A stretch of 64,000 nucleotides of DNA, from contig CAJXLK010000005.1 of assembly GCA_913055635.1 (NCBI GenBank), positions 68,728 through 132,727 of the forward strand, read 5' to 3'. The stretch's first letter is position 1, and each line of letters opens with the position of its first letter. Source of the DNA: an uncultured Bacteroidota bacterium (lineage in GTDB: Bacteria > Bacteroidota > Bacteroidia > Bacteroidales > UBA12077). Both the position numbers and the translations under genes were made by a program. The notes beneath the pieces were generated by a model. That model made no database searches. It was given only the letters and a program-made list of their open reading frames with translations, and had not been told where the DNA came from. This document shows positions 27,091 to 36,798 of this stretch, piece after piece.

Positions 27091-27858
27091 CTAGGTATGG
27101 CCCGACTTTCTGAGGTCCCTGACGGTTTTGGCCAGGTTGGTGGCAAAAACAAAGTCGTTCAGCTCGGGGTTGTCGCTGTGTAATATATCCTCCCGCGAGC
27201 CTTCCCACCATTTCTGACCATTGTAAAGGAAAATCACCTTATCGCCAATCTCCATCACCGAATTCATGTCATGGGTATTGATGATGGTGGTGGTCTCGAT
27301 GTCACGGGTTAGTTCACCGATGAGCCGGTCAATGCGTATGGCCGTTTTAGGGTCCAGCCCGGAAATGGGTTCATCGAAAAACAGATATTTGGGATTCAGG
27401 GCGATGGCCCTGGCTATAGCCACCCTTTTCTGCATACCGCCACTGATCTCTGCCGGATACAGCTTATTGGCATTTTCTATGTTGACCCGGTCAAGACATT
27501 CATTGACCCGATTCAGTTTTTCCGCTTCCCCCATCGTGGTAAACATGTCCAGGGGAAATTTTACATTTTGTTCCACCGTCTCCGAGTCAAACAGGGCACC
27601 TCCCTGAAAGACCATGCCGATGTTTTTGCGGATCTCCTTCTTTTTCTTAAAGCTGAGTTCATTGAACACCGTATCATCATAAAGGATGCGCCCCTGATCC
27701 ACATCGAGCAGCCCGTTGATGCATTTGAGCAGGACCGTTTTGCCCGAACCGCTTTGCCCGATAATCATATTGGTCTTCTTTTCATGGAATCGCACCGAAA
27801 TATCATGAAGTACCTGGGTGTGGCGAAAGGATTTGTAGAGATGTTGAACTTCAATCAT
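27091..27858 (-). CDS. ABC transporter ATP-binding protein, MlaF-like
   Basis: Walker A GQSGSGKT, signature ISGGMQKRVAIARA, Walker B LFFDEP. It overlaps the upstream permease gene by 4 nt. Confidence 0.9.
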   Translation of the reverse strand: MIEVQHLYKSFRHTQVLHDISVRFHEKKTNMIIGQSGSGKTVLLKCINGLLDVDQGRILYDDTVFNELSFKKKKEIRKNIGMVFQGGALFDSETVEQNVKFPLDMFTTMGEAEKLNRVNECLDRVNIENANKLYPAEISGGMQKRVAIARAIALNPKYLFFDEPISGLDPKTAIRIDRLIGELTRDIETTTIINTHDMNSVMEIGDKVIFLYNGQKWWEGSREDILHSDNPELNDFVFATNLAKTVRDLRKSGHT

Positions 27859-28607
27859 GTTAACAGCAATTGGGTAAGTATGTAATTGGTTATCAGCACA
27901 ATAACACTGCTCTCGACCACCGCCCGGGTACTGTTTTTGCCCACCTGCAGTGCGCCCCCGAATGCGTAATACCCGCGATAGGAAGCAACTGCCGTGATGA
28001 TGAATCCAAAGATGGCGGCTTTGATCAGTGTATAAGTGATGTAGTAAGGAATGAAGGCATACTGTATGCCATAAATATAGTCATGCGAACTGACCACCCC
28101 GGTGACCACCCCCCCAAGCCATCCTCCGAATAAGCCAATAAAAATGCTCATGATCGTCAGAAAAGGCAGAAAGAAAACGGCAGCTATGATTTTGGGCATG
28201 ATCAGATAACTGGCCGAGTTAACCCCCATGATTTCCAGGGCATCAACTTGTTCTGTGATTCGCATTGACCCCAGTTCTGAGGCAATATTGGAACCGATTT
28301 TACCCGAAAGGATCAGGGCGACGATGGTCGATGAAAATTCCAGCAACAGGATGTCGCGCACGGCCAAACCGATCAGGTACGAGGGATAAAGCGGACTTTC
28401 AGTGTTGTAGGAGGTTTGAATGGTGATAACGGCTCCTATAAAGACGGAAATGATGGCCACAATCCCCATCGAATTGATTCCTAAAAATTCGATTTCTCTG
28501 AGGATTTGGCGGTAATACATGTTTTTTTTCTCGGGAGGAGCAAACACCCGGCCCATCAGGATGATGAAGCGGCCAATGTGGGTAAACAATTCGCGCAAAG
28601 GTTTCAT
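27855..28607 (-). CDS. ABC transporter permease, MlaE-like
   Basis: 250 aa and multi-TM. GINSMGIVAIISVFIGAV and ITEQVDALEIMGVN are typical of the MlaE/Ttg2B family. Confidence 0.8.
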   Translation of the reverse strand: MKPLRELFTHIGRFIILMGRVFAPPEKKNMYYRQILREIEFLGINSMGIVAIISVFIGAVITIQTSYNTESPLYPSYLIGLAVRDILLLEFSSTIVALILSGKIGSNIASELGSMRITEQVDALEIMGVNSASYLIMPKIIAAVFFLPFLTIMSIFIGLFGGWLGGVVTGVVSSHDYIYGIQYAFIPYYITYTLIKAAIFGFIITAVASYRGYYAFGGALQVGKNSTRAVVESSVIVLITNYILTQLLLT

Positions 28608-28609
28608 GG

Positions 28610-29311
28610 TCAGCGGGTGTAGTTTTGAATCAAAAGTTCTTTCATCTTAGGCACACCGGTGCCGGCTTTTTCCTGGATAAAATGTACCTTCTGGTCATGA
28701 CGGGGTGGGGGCGTCTTGGGATCGACCAGGAAAAAGGGAATGTCCTCTCTGGCGTAATGAATCAGTCCGGCGGCCGGGTATACAGCCAGTGAGGTGCCTA
28801 CCACGGCAAACAAATCGGCCTGCTGGACTTTTCCGGCAGCCTCGGCAATAGCCGGTACCGCCTCACCAAACCATACCACGTGCGGGCGGAGCTGATGGCC
28901 TTTTTCACAGTTATCGCCAAGGTTCAATTCCGCACCTTCGATGTCGTAGACCAGATCCTCATCGCCGGTACTCCGGGCTTTTCTGATTTCCCCATGCAGA
29001 TGCAGCACCTTCGAGCTGCCGGCTCGCTCATGCAGATCATCCACATTCTGGGTGATGACCTCTACATCAAAGTAGGCTTCCAGATCGGCCAAAGCCCGGT
29101 GCCCGGCATTGGGCTCGCTTTGAAGCAGTTGCCTGCGCCGCTCATTGTAAAAGCGAAGCACCAGCTCCGGATCGCGCTCCCAGGCCTCAGGACTGGCCAC
29201 CTCGGTGACATCATATTGCTCCCATAAACCGCCCATGTCCCGAAAAGTTTTTAGCCCGCTTTCGGCACTGATGCCCGAACCGCTTAATACCACCAGTTTT
29301 TTCATAGCCAT
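28610..29311 (-). CDS. cobB: NAD-dependent protein deacylase (Sir2/CobB family)
   Basis: 233 aa. VVLSGSGISAESGLKTFRD, ITQNVDDLHERAGS and LHLHGE. Ordinary short CobB length, and its stop lies 2 nt upstream of the mlaE-like start. Confidence 0.85.
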   Translation of the reverse strand: MAMKKLVVLSGSGISAESGLKTFRDMGGLWEQYDVTEVASPEAWERDPELVLRFYNERRRQLLQSEPNAGHRALADLEAYFDVEVITQNVDDLHERAGSSKVLHLHGEIRKARSTGDEDLVYDIEGAELNLGDNCEKGHQLRPHVVWFGEAVPAIAEAAGKVQQADLFAVVGTSLAVYPAAGLIHYAREDIPFFLVDPKTPPPRHDQKVHFIQEKAGTGVPKMKELLIQNYTR

Positions 29312-29501
29312 GCGCTTTTTGATCCCTACAAATTTAATGATTTTCCCCCATTATTGCACGAGCCACCAGCGCAGGCTGATTTCAATCGACACCTGATGGC
29401 GCCTTTTATTGGTCTCTCGGGCAAACTTTTCCTTGCCCCACTGAATACAATGGAAACATAGGTGATCCATTCCGGTTGCCCCCTTTGAGATTCTTCAGGG
29501 A

Positions 29502-32500
29502 TTATTCGGAGGGCTCGCCCTCAGGATTGAGATAAGGGGTAATATCGGTGGCAATCTGAACCACCTTTTCTGTATCGCCTTGTTTGTTAGGTATCGGAAT
29601 GAAGGTGCCCACCAGGGTCCGGATCTGATCCCCATGGTTTATTTTAAGCAGCCTTTTTTGTGCCTGTCCTTTCATGATCGATTGCCAGATTTCATCATAC
29701 CCGTTGACAGTGATTTCCATGGAATGGAAAAATTCTGTAAAGCTTTTTCCGGTTATATTGCGGGAGGTGTTGCCGGATAATTGCAGGTAGAGATCATTGA
29801 TCTCGCTGACCTTGCCCTCTTTATCGAACTGTACAAAGTAGCTGGTTTTTTTCAGTGCTTCCACCAGGCCCTCCATCTCCGTCTTGATGCGGTCGGCTTC
29901 CTCACGGGTGGCTTTTAGCTCTTCAACGTTTTGCTGCAGCTCTTCTTTCTGATTGGATAACTCTTCATACTGGGCCCTCGATTGTTCCAGCAACCGGTTG
30001 GTGCGGAGGTTGATGTAGGTGGTCTTCATGGTCACGGCAATGTCTTCGGCCACGTCCTCCAAAAAGTTGCGGATGTATTGTTCAAATTTTCCAAAACGGG
30101 CGAGTTCAAAGGCCCCGTAAACTTCCTCGCCGGTTACCAGGGGGACGATCATCAGGGAATCGGGTTGGGTTTGGCCCAATCCAGAACTGATGGTCAGGTA
30201 ATTTTCCGGAAGCCTCGTTAAATAGACGGGTTCATGGTCTTTGATGCTTCGTCCTACCATGCCCTCGCCGGGTTCAATCGTTTTGTTGATTCTTTTGCGT
30301 TGGTCATAGGCGTAACAGGCCTTCATCTCGATATAAGATTCACCCTGCTTGCCTTTGGTTTGTTCGCTTTCATTTGGTTCGTCTTCATTGATTAAATAGA
30401 GCGCCCCTGCGATAGCCCCTGAGTATTTGACCAGGTTTCGGATGATCTGATAACTGAAATCCTCCAGGTTATCTTTATCCTGCCGCAGGATATCGCCAAA
30501 AGTGGCCAGGCTGTTGGCATGCCAGTTGCTTAATTCGATTTCCCGCTGTTTTTCTTTCAGCTCTTGGTTTGAAGCTTCAGCAGCCTCTTTCTGTTGTTCA
30601 ACCTCCGAAACCGCCTCATTGATGCGTTGTTGCAACCGTTCTTTTTCCCGGCGGGTAGCTCTGATCCGCAACCGGATGATGGCCGTTGCCAATCCCCCGG
30701 CAACCAGTGCAACCAAGATATAAAACCAGGAGGTTTGCCAGAAGGGCGGCTCAATCTCCAGTTTTACCCGGGCTGCCTGCTTGTTCCAAACCCCGTCGTA
30801 ATTGGAGGCTTTGACCTGAAAGGTGTAGGTGCCGGGATCCAGATTGGTGTAGGTGGCAAATCTTTTATCGCTGCCGGTTTGAATCCATTGGTCATTGAAT
30901 CCTTTCAGCTGGTAGCGGTATTGATTGTCCTGGGGATAAGCGTAATGCAGCCCTGCAAATTCAAAGGAGAAGATGTTTTCCCGGTAGCTCAGGGTGATTT
31001 GTTGGGTGCGGTTGATGTTTTTCTTCATAATGACCCGCCCATGAAGGGTATCACCGGCTGAGAGTGATTGGTTGGAAATCTTGAAATCGGTGATCACCAC
31101 AGCCGGCAGGGTGGAGTCTTTTTTGATCTGATCGGCCTGAAAAGCATTAAATCCGTTGGGACCGCCAAAAAGCAGTTCATTGCCCGGCCCCCGCGCATAG
31201 GCGCCCCAGCGGAACTGGCTGGATTGGAGCCCGTCGTGGGCATCGAAAGTGGTAAAGGTTTCTTTGCGCGGGTTGAACCTGGCAAGTCCATCGTTGGTAC
31301 TCATCCAAAGGTGGCCAGCTTCGTCTTCCAGGATGCCATAAATAACGTTGTTGCACAGCCCATCGCTGGTGGTGTAGGTTTTTATATGCGATGCTGCCGG
31401 CTGGTTGTAATTGATTGTGATTTTGTTCAATCCCCCACCGTAAGTTCCGGCATACAGTACGTTTGGGTTTTCAGGGTTGTAATGCATGGATATAACTCGG
31501 CTGTCGCTCAGGGTGTTGGCCTTATCCGGGGATGCCATAAACCGTTGGTAGCGGTAGGCGGTTTTAAAAGTGGACTTATCAGGATCCTTGGGTTTCATCA
31601 TGGTTAACCCGCCCCAGGTACCGATCCAGAAGTTGCCCTGGTGGTCCTCCAAGATGCAATTGGATTGGACCCCACCAGGGGCGATGGAATTGGGTTCGTC
31701 GGGAATGTGTCGGATATGCCTGTATTGTCCGGTTTGGGTATTGTACAAATCAAGGCCGGCTTCCAGGCCCACCCAAAGGGTTTCGTCCTGATCTTTATAG
31801 ATGGCCTGTACAATGCTATCCCGCAGGGCATTTTCGGAAGGCCCGCGATAGGTTGGCCCTGTTGCCCGGGGGCGCCCAATGCCCCTCTCCGTCACTTCAA
31901 CGACCCGAACCCCCGATCCCCAGGATCCCATGTAGATGCGGCCCGAGCGATCCTCATAAAAACAGGTCGTCCGTTGCGCATACATCCCTTCCGGATCGCC
32001 CGGAGTGGGCTTGAAACGCCGTAAATCACCGCTTTGTCCATCCAATACCGCTGTGCCGCTGTTGCGCGTCCCTATCCAGATGTTCTCGCGCGAATCAACC
32101 ATCAGCGCCCGAATGATATTGCCCGGTATAAACCGCTCATCCTCCGCCTGCTGATGGTAGTGGCGGAAATTTTTCTGACCCGTGTTCAGTTTGGTCATCC
32201 CTGTATTGCCATGGCCAATCCATAACGAACCGGTGCGGTCTTTTTTCAGGGTGATGATCATGTCATCATGGATGCTCCCGGGATTGGAAGGATCCGGCCG
32301 GTACGCCTTCAGGATGGAATGATCCTGGCGGTCAAACAGAAATAACCCGTTGTAGCTGCCAATCCATAATTGTCCTTCTTGATGCGAACAAATGCTGGTG
32401 ATCTTGTTGTTGCGGAAAGCCGCCAATTCAATCCGCTGCGATTGCTCATTCCGGGTGTTGAATTTCATCAACCCCCCGGCATAAGGAATCCACAATATGC

Positions 32501-32969
32501 CCCTTTGATCCAGATACATCGAGTTGGTCTGTTCAAATACCAGTTCCTTGCCCGGGACTTCAAACGATTCAAAACGCTGTTCCGAGGGCATGTATTTGTT
32601 CAGGTTCTTTTCCGTACGGATCCATAAATGACCCCGGCGATCACTGGTGATGTCATAAATGTTGTCGGAACTTATGGAATTGCCCTCGCCCGGTTGATGG
32701 CGATAGGTCTTGAACCCCTCTTTGCCGCTGACAAACTTATTGAGACCTCCCCCCAGGGTGCCGGCCCACAGGATGCCGGATTGATCAATGTGTAAGGCGT
32801 ATATCCTGCCCTGGCTGATCGAGGTAGGATCGTCCGGATCATGGCGGTAAACGGTGAAGTTTTTCCGCCCCGGATTGTAACGGGCCAACCCCCCGCTGTT
32901 GGTGCCTACCCACAACCCCCCCACTGCTGTCGGCAGCCAGCGAATAAATGAAATTGTCGGAGAGGGCAT
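29502..32969 (-). CDS. Reg_prop/Y_Y_Y periplasmic sensor fused to TM, coiled coil, GAF, coiled coil and PAS; no transmitter domain; 5' end disrupted
   Basis: 1155 aa. Many repeats of the type D..G.LWIGT..GL..Y. Y_Y_Y region YRYQLKGFNDQWIQTGSDKRFATYTNLDPGTYTFQVKA. TM segment WFYILVALVAGGLATAII. GAF-like region (AGALYLINEDE...MVGRSIKDHEPVYL...LMIVPLV). EEL-type coiled coil (QKEELQQNVEELKATREEADR). PAS-like tail. No H-box, HATPase, REC or HTH was seen. Confidence 0.8.
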   Translation of the reverse strand: MPSPTISFIRWLPTAVGGLWVGTNSGGLARYNPGRKNFTVYRHDPDDPTSISQGRIYALHIDQSGILWAGTLGGGLNKFVSGKEGFKTYRHQPGEGNSISSDNIYDITSDRRGHLWIRTEKNLNKYMPSEQRFESFEVPGKELVFEQTNSMYLDQRGILWIPYAGGLMKFNTRNEQSQRIELAAFRNNKITSICSHQEGQLWIGSYNGLFLFDRQDHSILKAYRPDPSNPGSIHDDMIITLKKDRTGSLWIGHGNTGMTKLNTGQKNFRHYHQQAEDERFIPGNIIRALMVDSRENIWIGTRNSGTAVLDGQSGDLRRFKPTPGDPEGMYAQRTTCFYEDRSGRIYMGSWGSGVRVVEVTERGIGRPRATGPTYRGPSENALRDSIVQAIYKDQDETLWVGLEAGLDLYNTQTGQYRHIRHIPDEPNSIAPGGVQSNCILEDHQGNFWIGTWGGLTMMKPKDPDKSTFKTAYRYQRFMASPDKANTLSDSRVISMHYNPENPNVLYAGTYGGGLNKITINYNQPAASHIKTYTTSDGLCNNVIYGILEDEAGHLWMSTNDGLARFNPRKETFTTFDAHDGLQSSQFRWGAYARGPGNELLFGGPNGFNAFQADQIKKDSTLPAVVITDFKISNQSLSAGDTLHGRVIMKKNINRTQQITLSYRENIFSFEFAGLHYAYPQDNQYRYQLKGFNDQWIQTGSDKRFATYTNLDPGTYTFQVKASNYDGVWNKQAARVKLEIEPPFWQTSWFYILVALVAGGLATAIIRLRIRATRREKERLQQRINEAVSEVEQQKEAAEASNQELKEKQREIELSNWHANSLATFGDILRQDKDNLEDFSYQIIRNLVKYSGAIAGALYLINEDEPNESEQTKGKQGESYIEMKACYAYDQRKRINKTIEPGEGMVGRSIKDHEPVYLTRLPENYLTISSGLGQTQPDSLMIVPLVTGEEVYGAFELARFGKFEQYIRNFLEDVAEDIAVTMKTTYINLRTNRLLEQSRAQYEELSNQKEELQQNVEELKATREEADRIKTEMEGLVEALKKTSYFVQFDKEGKVSEINDLYLQLSGNTSRNITGKSFTEFFHSMEITVNGYDEIWQSIMKGQAQKRLLKINHGDQIRTLVGTFIPIPNKQGDTEKVVQIATDITPYLNPEGEPSE

Positions 32970-33042
32970 GTGCCTTTTTTACCTGTTTTTTAAACACGTT
33001 GAACTCATACGTTTGCATGAGGGGGGCGTCCCTTGCGATCAT
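32839..33042 (-). pseudogene. Out-of-frame 5' fragment of the sensor gene (frameshift at the C7 run 32916-32922)
   Basis: The upstream ORF ends ...KKAHALSDNFIYSLAADSSGG and then leaves frame. Removing one C from the run joins it to ...LWVGTNSGGLARYNP of the main ORF. That junction gives a canonical Reg_prop repeat. Confidence 0.7.
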
Positions 33043-33329
33043 TTCACCCTTATGTTCTCGCTGCCCCTTTTTTGGGTCGGTGTTCCTTAAAGATACGCCT
33101 TTTTTTCTTCAATGGCCTTGTTACAGGCATTTATCCCGGTGTATTTGGGGTGATGTCTGGAAAAGCCTGCTATTTTGGGATTGGATGTGAACTTCGGCTT
33201 AAGAAAGAAATATGGAAGTTTGTGCAAGCAACAACTGCAAAATCAGCCGGAGGCCCATATATTGATTCAGGGTAAGGACCTCCGGCACATTCATGCTTAC
33301 ACAAGAAGATACTCTGTTCACTTTCCACA

Positions 33330-33692
33330 TTAACGGTAGATATCAAAATAAAGCATGAGGTAAGGATTCGCCCCATATTCATCTTCAATGGTATACCTGG
33401 ATAATTGATTGAGGTTGTAATAGGTGTTTCCTACCTTGATGAAGGGCTCTTCCAGGCTGAAAGGTGATTGTTCCTGTTCAATGTAATAATTGACATCGCC
33501 GTCGTTGCTTGTACGAAGCAAATAAACCGACACCGATGAAATGTCCTTTTCATCGATCAGCTCTTCCAACTCATTGCTGAGTTTTTCCCCTTCGGTGATT
33601 TCATTGTCTGCATCAATTGAACAGGCAGTGCTGATAAACAGGAGTAGGGTTAAAAGTCCAATTCCTACGGATGATTTGAAAATCGTGTTCAT
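33330..33692 (-). CDS. Small hypothetical lipoprotein
   Basis: The ATG at 33692 gives MNTIFKSSVGIGLLTLLLFISTAC (signal plus lipobox). The mature part is acidic. No known motif. Confidence 0.55.
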   Translation of the reverse strand: MNTIFKSSVGIGLLTLLLFISTACSIDADNEITEGEKLSNELEELIDEKDISSVSVYLLRTSNDGDVNYYIEQEQSPFSLEEPFIKVGNTYYNLNQLSRYTIEDEYGANPYLMLYFDIYR

Positions 33693-33904
33693 GATCTTAA
33701 TTTTTAATGGTTGAAACTTAAATGCATACACCCCAAAAAGGGGAAAAAAGAGAAAGCAAAAGGTGTGCCGTTCAATGGCCTTTTATGTGATGTAATTTGC
33801 TGTCTGCCGGATGTTTAAAAACATACCCGATAAAGCAATTCCTTTTAATTCAGTTGCATAACTGACTGCTATTGACATCTTCACCGGCTTTTCTTATCTT
33901 TTGA

Positions 33905-34816
33905 ATGAACCAAAATACAGACTCTATGAAAACGATACAAGCCACTTCAATGGTCCTGATTTTTTTAGCTGTTATGCTGGGTTGCAAACAAAAATCCGGT
34001 GAAAGTCAGGAATCGGGTAAAAAGTCGTCCGAATCCTCAAAACCCGAATTGGTAAGCCAATGGAGCACCGATACGGTGATGCGCACCCCTGAATCGGTTT
34101 GTTATAATCCGGATGGTCAGGTGCTTTATGTTTCAAACATTCAGGGCGAATCCGACAAAAAAGATGGGAAGGGATTTATTTCAAAACTTTCTCCCCAGGG
34201 GGAAGTTCTTGCGCTTAAATGGGTCACGGGCCTGGATGCGCCCAAAGGCATGGGCGTGTATCAGGGTAAATTGTATGTCACCAACATTGATGAGATCGTG
34301 GAAATCGACATTGACCAGGGTAAGATCACCCAACGTTATGCATGTCCTGATGCCCGCTTTGCCAATGACATTGCAGTGAACCAGGACGGTACCGTTTTTG
34401 CCTCTGATATGGCGGCCAATAAGATCTATCGCCTGAAAAACGGACAGGTGGATGTTTGGTTGGAGGGAGATCCGTTGAAAAGCCCCAATGGCCTTTACAC
34501 CACTGTTGATATGCTCATGATCGGCATTGAGGGCGCTGTCCTTAAGGTACCCTATCAGGGGGGTGAACCTGAGCCGCACATTGACAATACCGGGGGCATC
34601 GATGGTCTGGAGGCTGTCAAAAAGAATTATTACATTAAATCGGACTGGGCCGGCCATGTCCATTTGATTCATCCCGAAAAACCGAAGCAGTTGATCCTCG
34701 ATACCACCCCGGATAATATCAATGCCGCCGATATCGATTTTGATTCTGAAAACATGATGCTTTATGTGCCCACTTTTCACGATAATCGTGTAATGGCCTA
34801 CAAGTTGAAGATGTAG
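33905..34816 (+). CDS. Beta-propeller lipoprotein (SMP-30/gluconolactonase/LRE-like or NHL-like fold)
   Basis: 303 aa with lipobox VMLGC. Repeated blade motifs PESVCYNPDGQVLYVSN, PKGMGVYQGKLYVTN, ANDIAVNQDGTVFASD, SPNGLY and AADIDFDSENMMLYVP. Confidence 0.65.
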   Translation: MNQNTDSMKTIQATSMVLIFLAVMLGCKQKSGESQESGKKSSESSKPELVSQWSTDTVMRTPESVCYNPDGQVLYVSNIQGESDKKDGKGFISKLSPQGEVLALKWVTGLDAPKGMGVYQGKLYVTNIDEIVEIDIDQGKITQRYACPDARFANDIAVNQDGTVFASDMAANKIYRLKNGQVDVWLEGDPLKSPNGLYTTVDMLMIGIEGAVLKVPYQGGEPEPHIDNTGGIDGLEAVKKNYYIKSDWAGHVHLIHPEKPKQLILDTTPDNINAADIDFDSENMMLYVPTFHDNRVMAYKLKM

Positions 34817-34994
34817 AAGGCTTTACATGTGAAATCTTCTGCGGAGCCCCACCTTGAAAGAAGGCTCCGCAGGCTGTGTTCCCGTTTTGACTTATCCTTA
34901 CAGGTGGCCTCATGCCTAGGGCGGCTCACCCACTCAGGCTGGAAAAAGGATCGGAGGCTGGCTCTTTTTCAGGGAAAATGAAGACTCAGGTAAT

Positions 34995-35279
34995 TTACTG
35001 CGTGCGGGTATTTTCGTATAGTTCAATATACCGGTTGATTTCGTTTTCCTGGGAGATGGTCTTGATATCGGTTAAAAGGGATATTTCCCGCAACCCTTCT
35101 TTGCTGAATGCTTCTTCCATGTTGACATACCAGACTTCAACAAAAAAATCAGCAAATGAATAAAGATCTACATAGTAGTGACCCTGGGAGCGACAGGCAA
35201 TAAACTGGCCTTCGGAAGATAGCTGCTCTTCCTTTTTTTCCATTTCTAGGTGCTCGAATTCCTGAACCGATAAACTCAT
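34995..35279 (-). CDS. Small hypothetical protein (94 aa)
   Basis: Isolated ORF with a plausible composition (…GHYYVDLYSFADFFVEVWYVN…). No recognisable family. Confidence 0.45.
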   Translation of the reverse strand: MSLSVQEFEHLEMEKKEEQLSSEGQFIACRSQGHYYVDLYSFADFFVEVWYVNMEEAFSKEGLREISLLTDIKTISQENEINRYIELYENTRTQ

Positions 35280-35514
35280 AGGGATCTTCTCTGTACTTAA
35301 TTATTGTATTTTAAAGATAATAAAAAAATTTTTTGAGCGCCATACCTCCCGACTGATTATATGAAAAGACAGCGAAGGCAATACCCTGCAGATGCTTTCT
35401 AACTCCTTTATACATATTTTGTTAACAAATGTTTCAACAAACCGTTAGGAACTTTTTTCCCCGGGATAAAATGTATGGGCCCCATTTATAGATGATATCG
35501 CCGGGGTCGGTAAA

Positions 35515-36366
35515 TTATTCTGAAGCTCCCTGGCTTAGCGAACGTTTGATGGCACGATCATAGAAAGAATAGAGGATGTTTTGGTAGTCTTTTCGCTGGG
35601 GCAGATCATTATGGCCTCCTTTTGTCAATACCTTCAGGCGCTTGTCCGGTGAGGCAGCGGTATGATATAATTTGCGTGCCATAGCAGGTGGAGTGATTCG
35701 GTCTTCTTTTCCAACCACAATCAAGAGCGGGACGGTTATGCGGGAGATCTGATCGATGTTGCTGTCATTTAAAAGGTTGCTGTCTATTTCAAATTCAATA
35801 AAAGGCTTGAGCAAAGCGGGCATCATTTGTTCGGTATAATAACGCACCTCGGTCACCGGCGACTCCATTACCAATCCCCCAACCGGTTGTTGCCCGGCGA
35901 TATATCCACCCAGTAGGGTACCCATGGAATGCCCGTGGATGATGATGCGTTCTGCAGGAATATTCCGGGTATTGACCAGGTAATGGTAAGCAGCCATGGC
36001 ATCGGTCTTAAGCCCTGATATGGTGGGTTCGCCCGCATTGTTGCCATAACCCCGGTAATTGAATATCAACAGGTTCATTTTTTGTTCGGTAATGGCTCGG
36101 ATGATCCAGTGAGCCGTCTCCCTTAAAAAACCATTGCCCCCATAGAACAACACCGTGCCTTTGGCCGAGGGATGGGAGATGAACCAGCCTTCCAGGTGAA
36201 GGCTGTCCTGAGAGGCTATTTGGACCTCCTCCAGCCGCTGGGGCTTGTCCTTAAAGTACTCGGGTCCAATCGTGCGCTTCACATCGAAAATATCCTGTTC
36301 CTTTATCTCTATCGTGGTGCAGGAGGCCATCACAAAAAGCCCTATCAGGGAGATCATCCTGAACAT
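35515..36366 (-). CDS. Alpha/beta hydrolase (lipoprotein)
   Basis: 283 aa with lipobox VMASC. Nucleophile elbow GHSMGT. C-terminal GGHND supplies a candidate catalytic His. Confidence 0.85.
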   Translation of the reverse strand: MFRMISLIGLFVMASCTTIEIKEQDIFDVKRTIGPEYFKDKPQRLEEVQIASQDSLHLEGWFISHPSAKGTVLFYGGNGFLRETAHWIIRAITEQKMNLLIFNYRGYGNNAGEPTISGLKTDAMAAYHYLVNTRNIPAERIIIHGHSMGTLLGGYIAGQQPVGGLVMESPVTEVRYYTEQMMPALLKPFIEFEIDSNLLNDSNIDQISRITVPLLIVVGKEDRITPPAMARKLYHTAASPDKRLKVLTKGGHNDLPQRKDYQNILYSFYDRAIKRSLSQGASE

Positions 36367-36630
36367 ATTGAATGCCTTAATTTGTTGAAATAAAAGTTTT
36401 CAGGTTTTAAACAAAATGATCGGCAGAAAGTTGAGGGGATTTTCAGTTTAATACGAAAAGGCTCCTATAGCACTGCGTTCGTGCTGTTTTCAAAATTTTT
36501 TTCCAAATGTGCATCACATACCAAATGGAGACTTAACTTGTTGCAACAAGAGAAAAAGAAATTGATTAGTCATAAACCTTTGATTCGGGCATGTATCTTT
36601 GGATAGGCTTTATAGGAAGGAAGGTTGGCC

Positions 36631-36658
36631 AAAAAAATTCCACAGGGATAACCTGTGG
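36631..36658 (-). terminator. Rho-independent terminator downstream of tRNA-Val
   Basis: On the minus strand, CCACAGG-ttatc-CCTGTGG (36658-36640) is followed by a T-rich tract, AATTTTTTT (36639-36631; the T7 run is 36637-36631). Confidence 0.55.
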
Positions 36659-36723
36659 AGTATGCATTGAGCAGATGAGCCAGCGAAGCAATTTTATAAA
36701 AAAACTTGAATGCCCGGCAAATG

Positions 36724-36798
36724 TGGGATATGGTGGATTCGAACCACCGACTTCTACCCTGTCAAGGTAGCGCTCTGAACCTGCTGAGCTAATATCCC
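36724..36798 (-). tRNA. tRNA-Val (anticodon GAC)
   Basis: Reverse complement: GGGATAT TA GCTC AGCAGGTTCA GAGC G CTACC TTGACAG GGTAG AAGTC GGTGG TTCGAAT CCACC ATATCCC A. All four stems pair and the T-loop is TTCGAAT. The anticodon loop TT-GAC-AG gives GAC. No encoded CCA. Confidence 0.92.

Noticed and set aside
28610-29311. Sir2-domain protein as a possible anti-phage (Thoeris/DSR-like) component.
   Set aside because: It has ordinary CobB length (233 aa) and standard deacylase motifs, with no fused or adjacent effector, TIR, HerA or Argonaute genes. Its stop lies 2 nt upstream of the housekeeping MlaEF-like genes.
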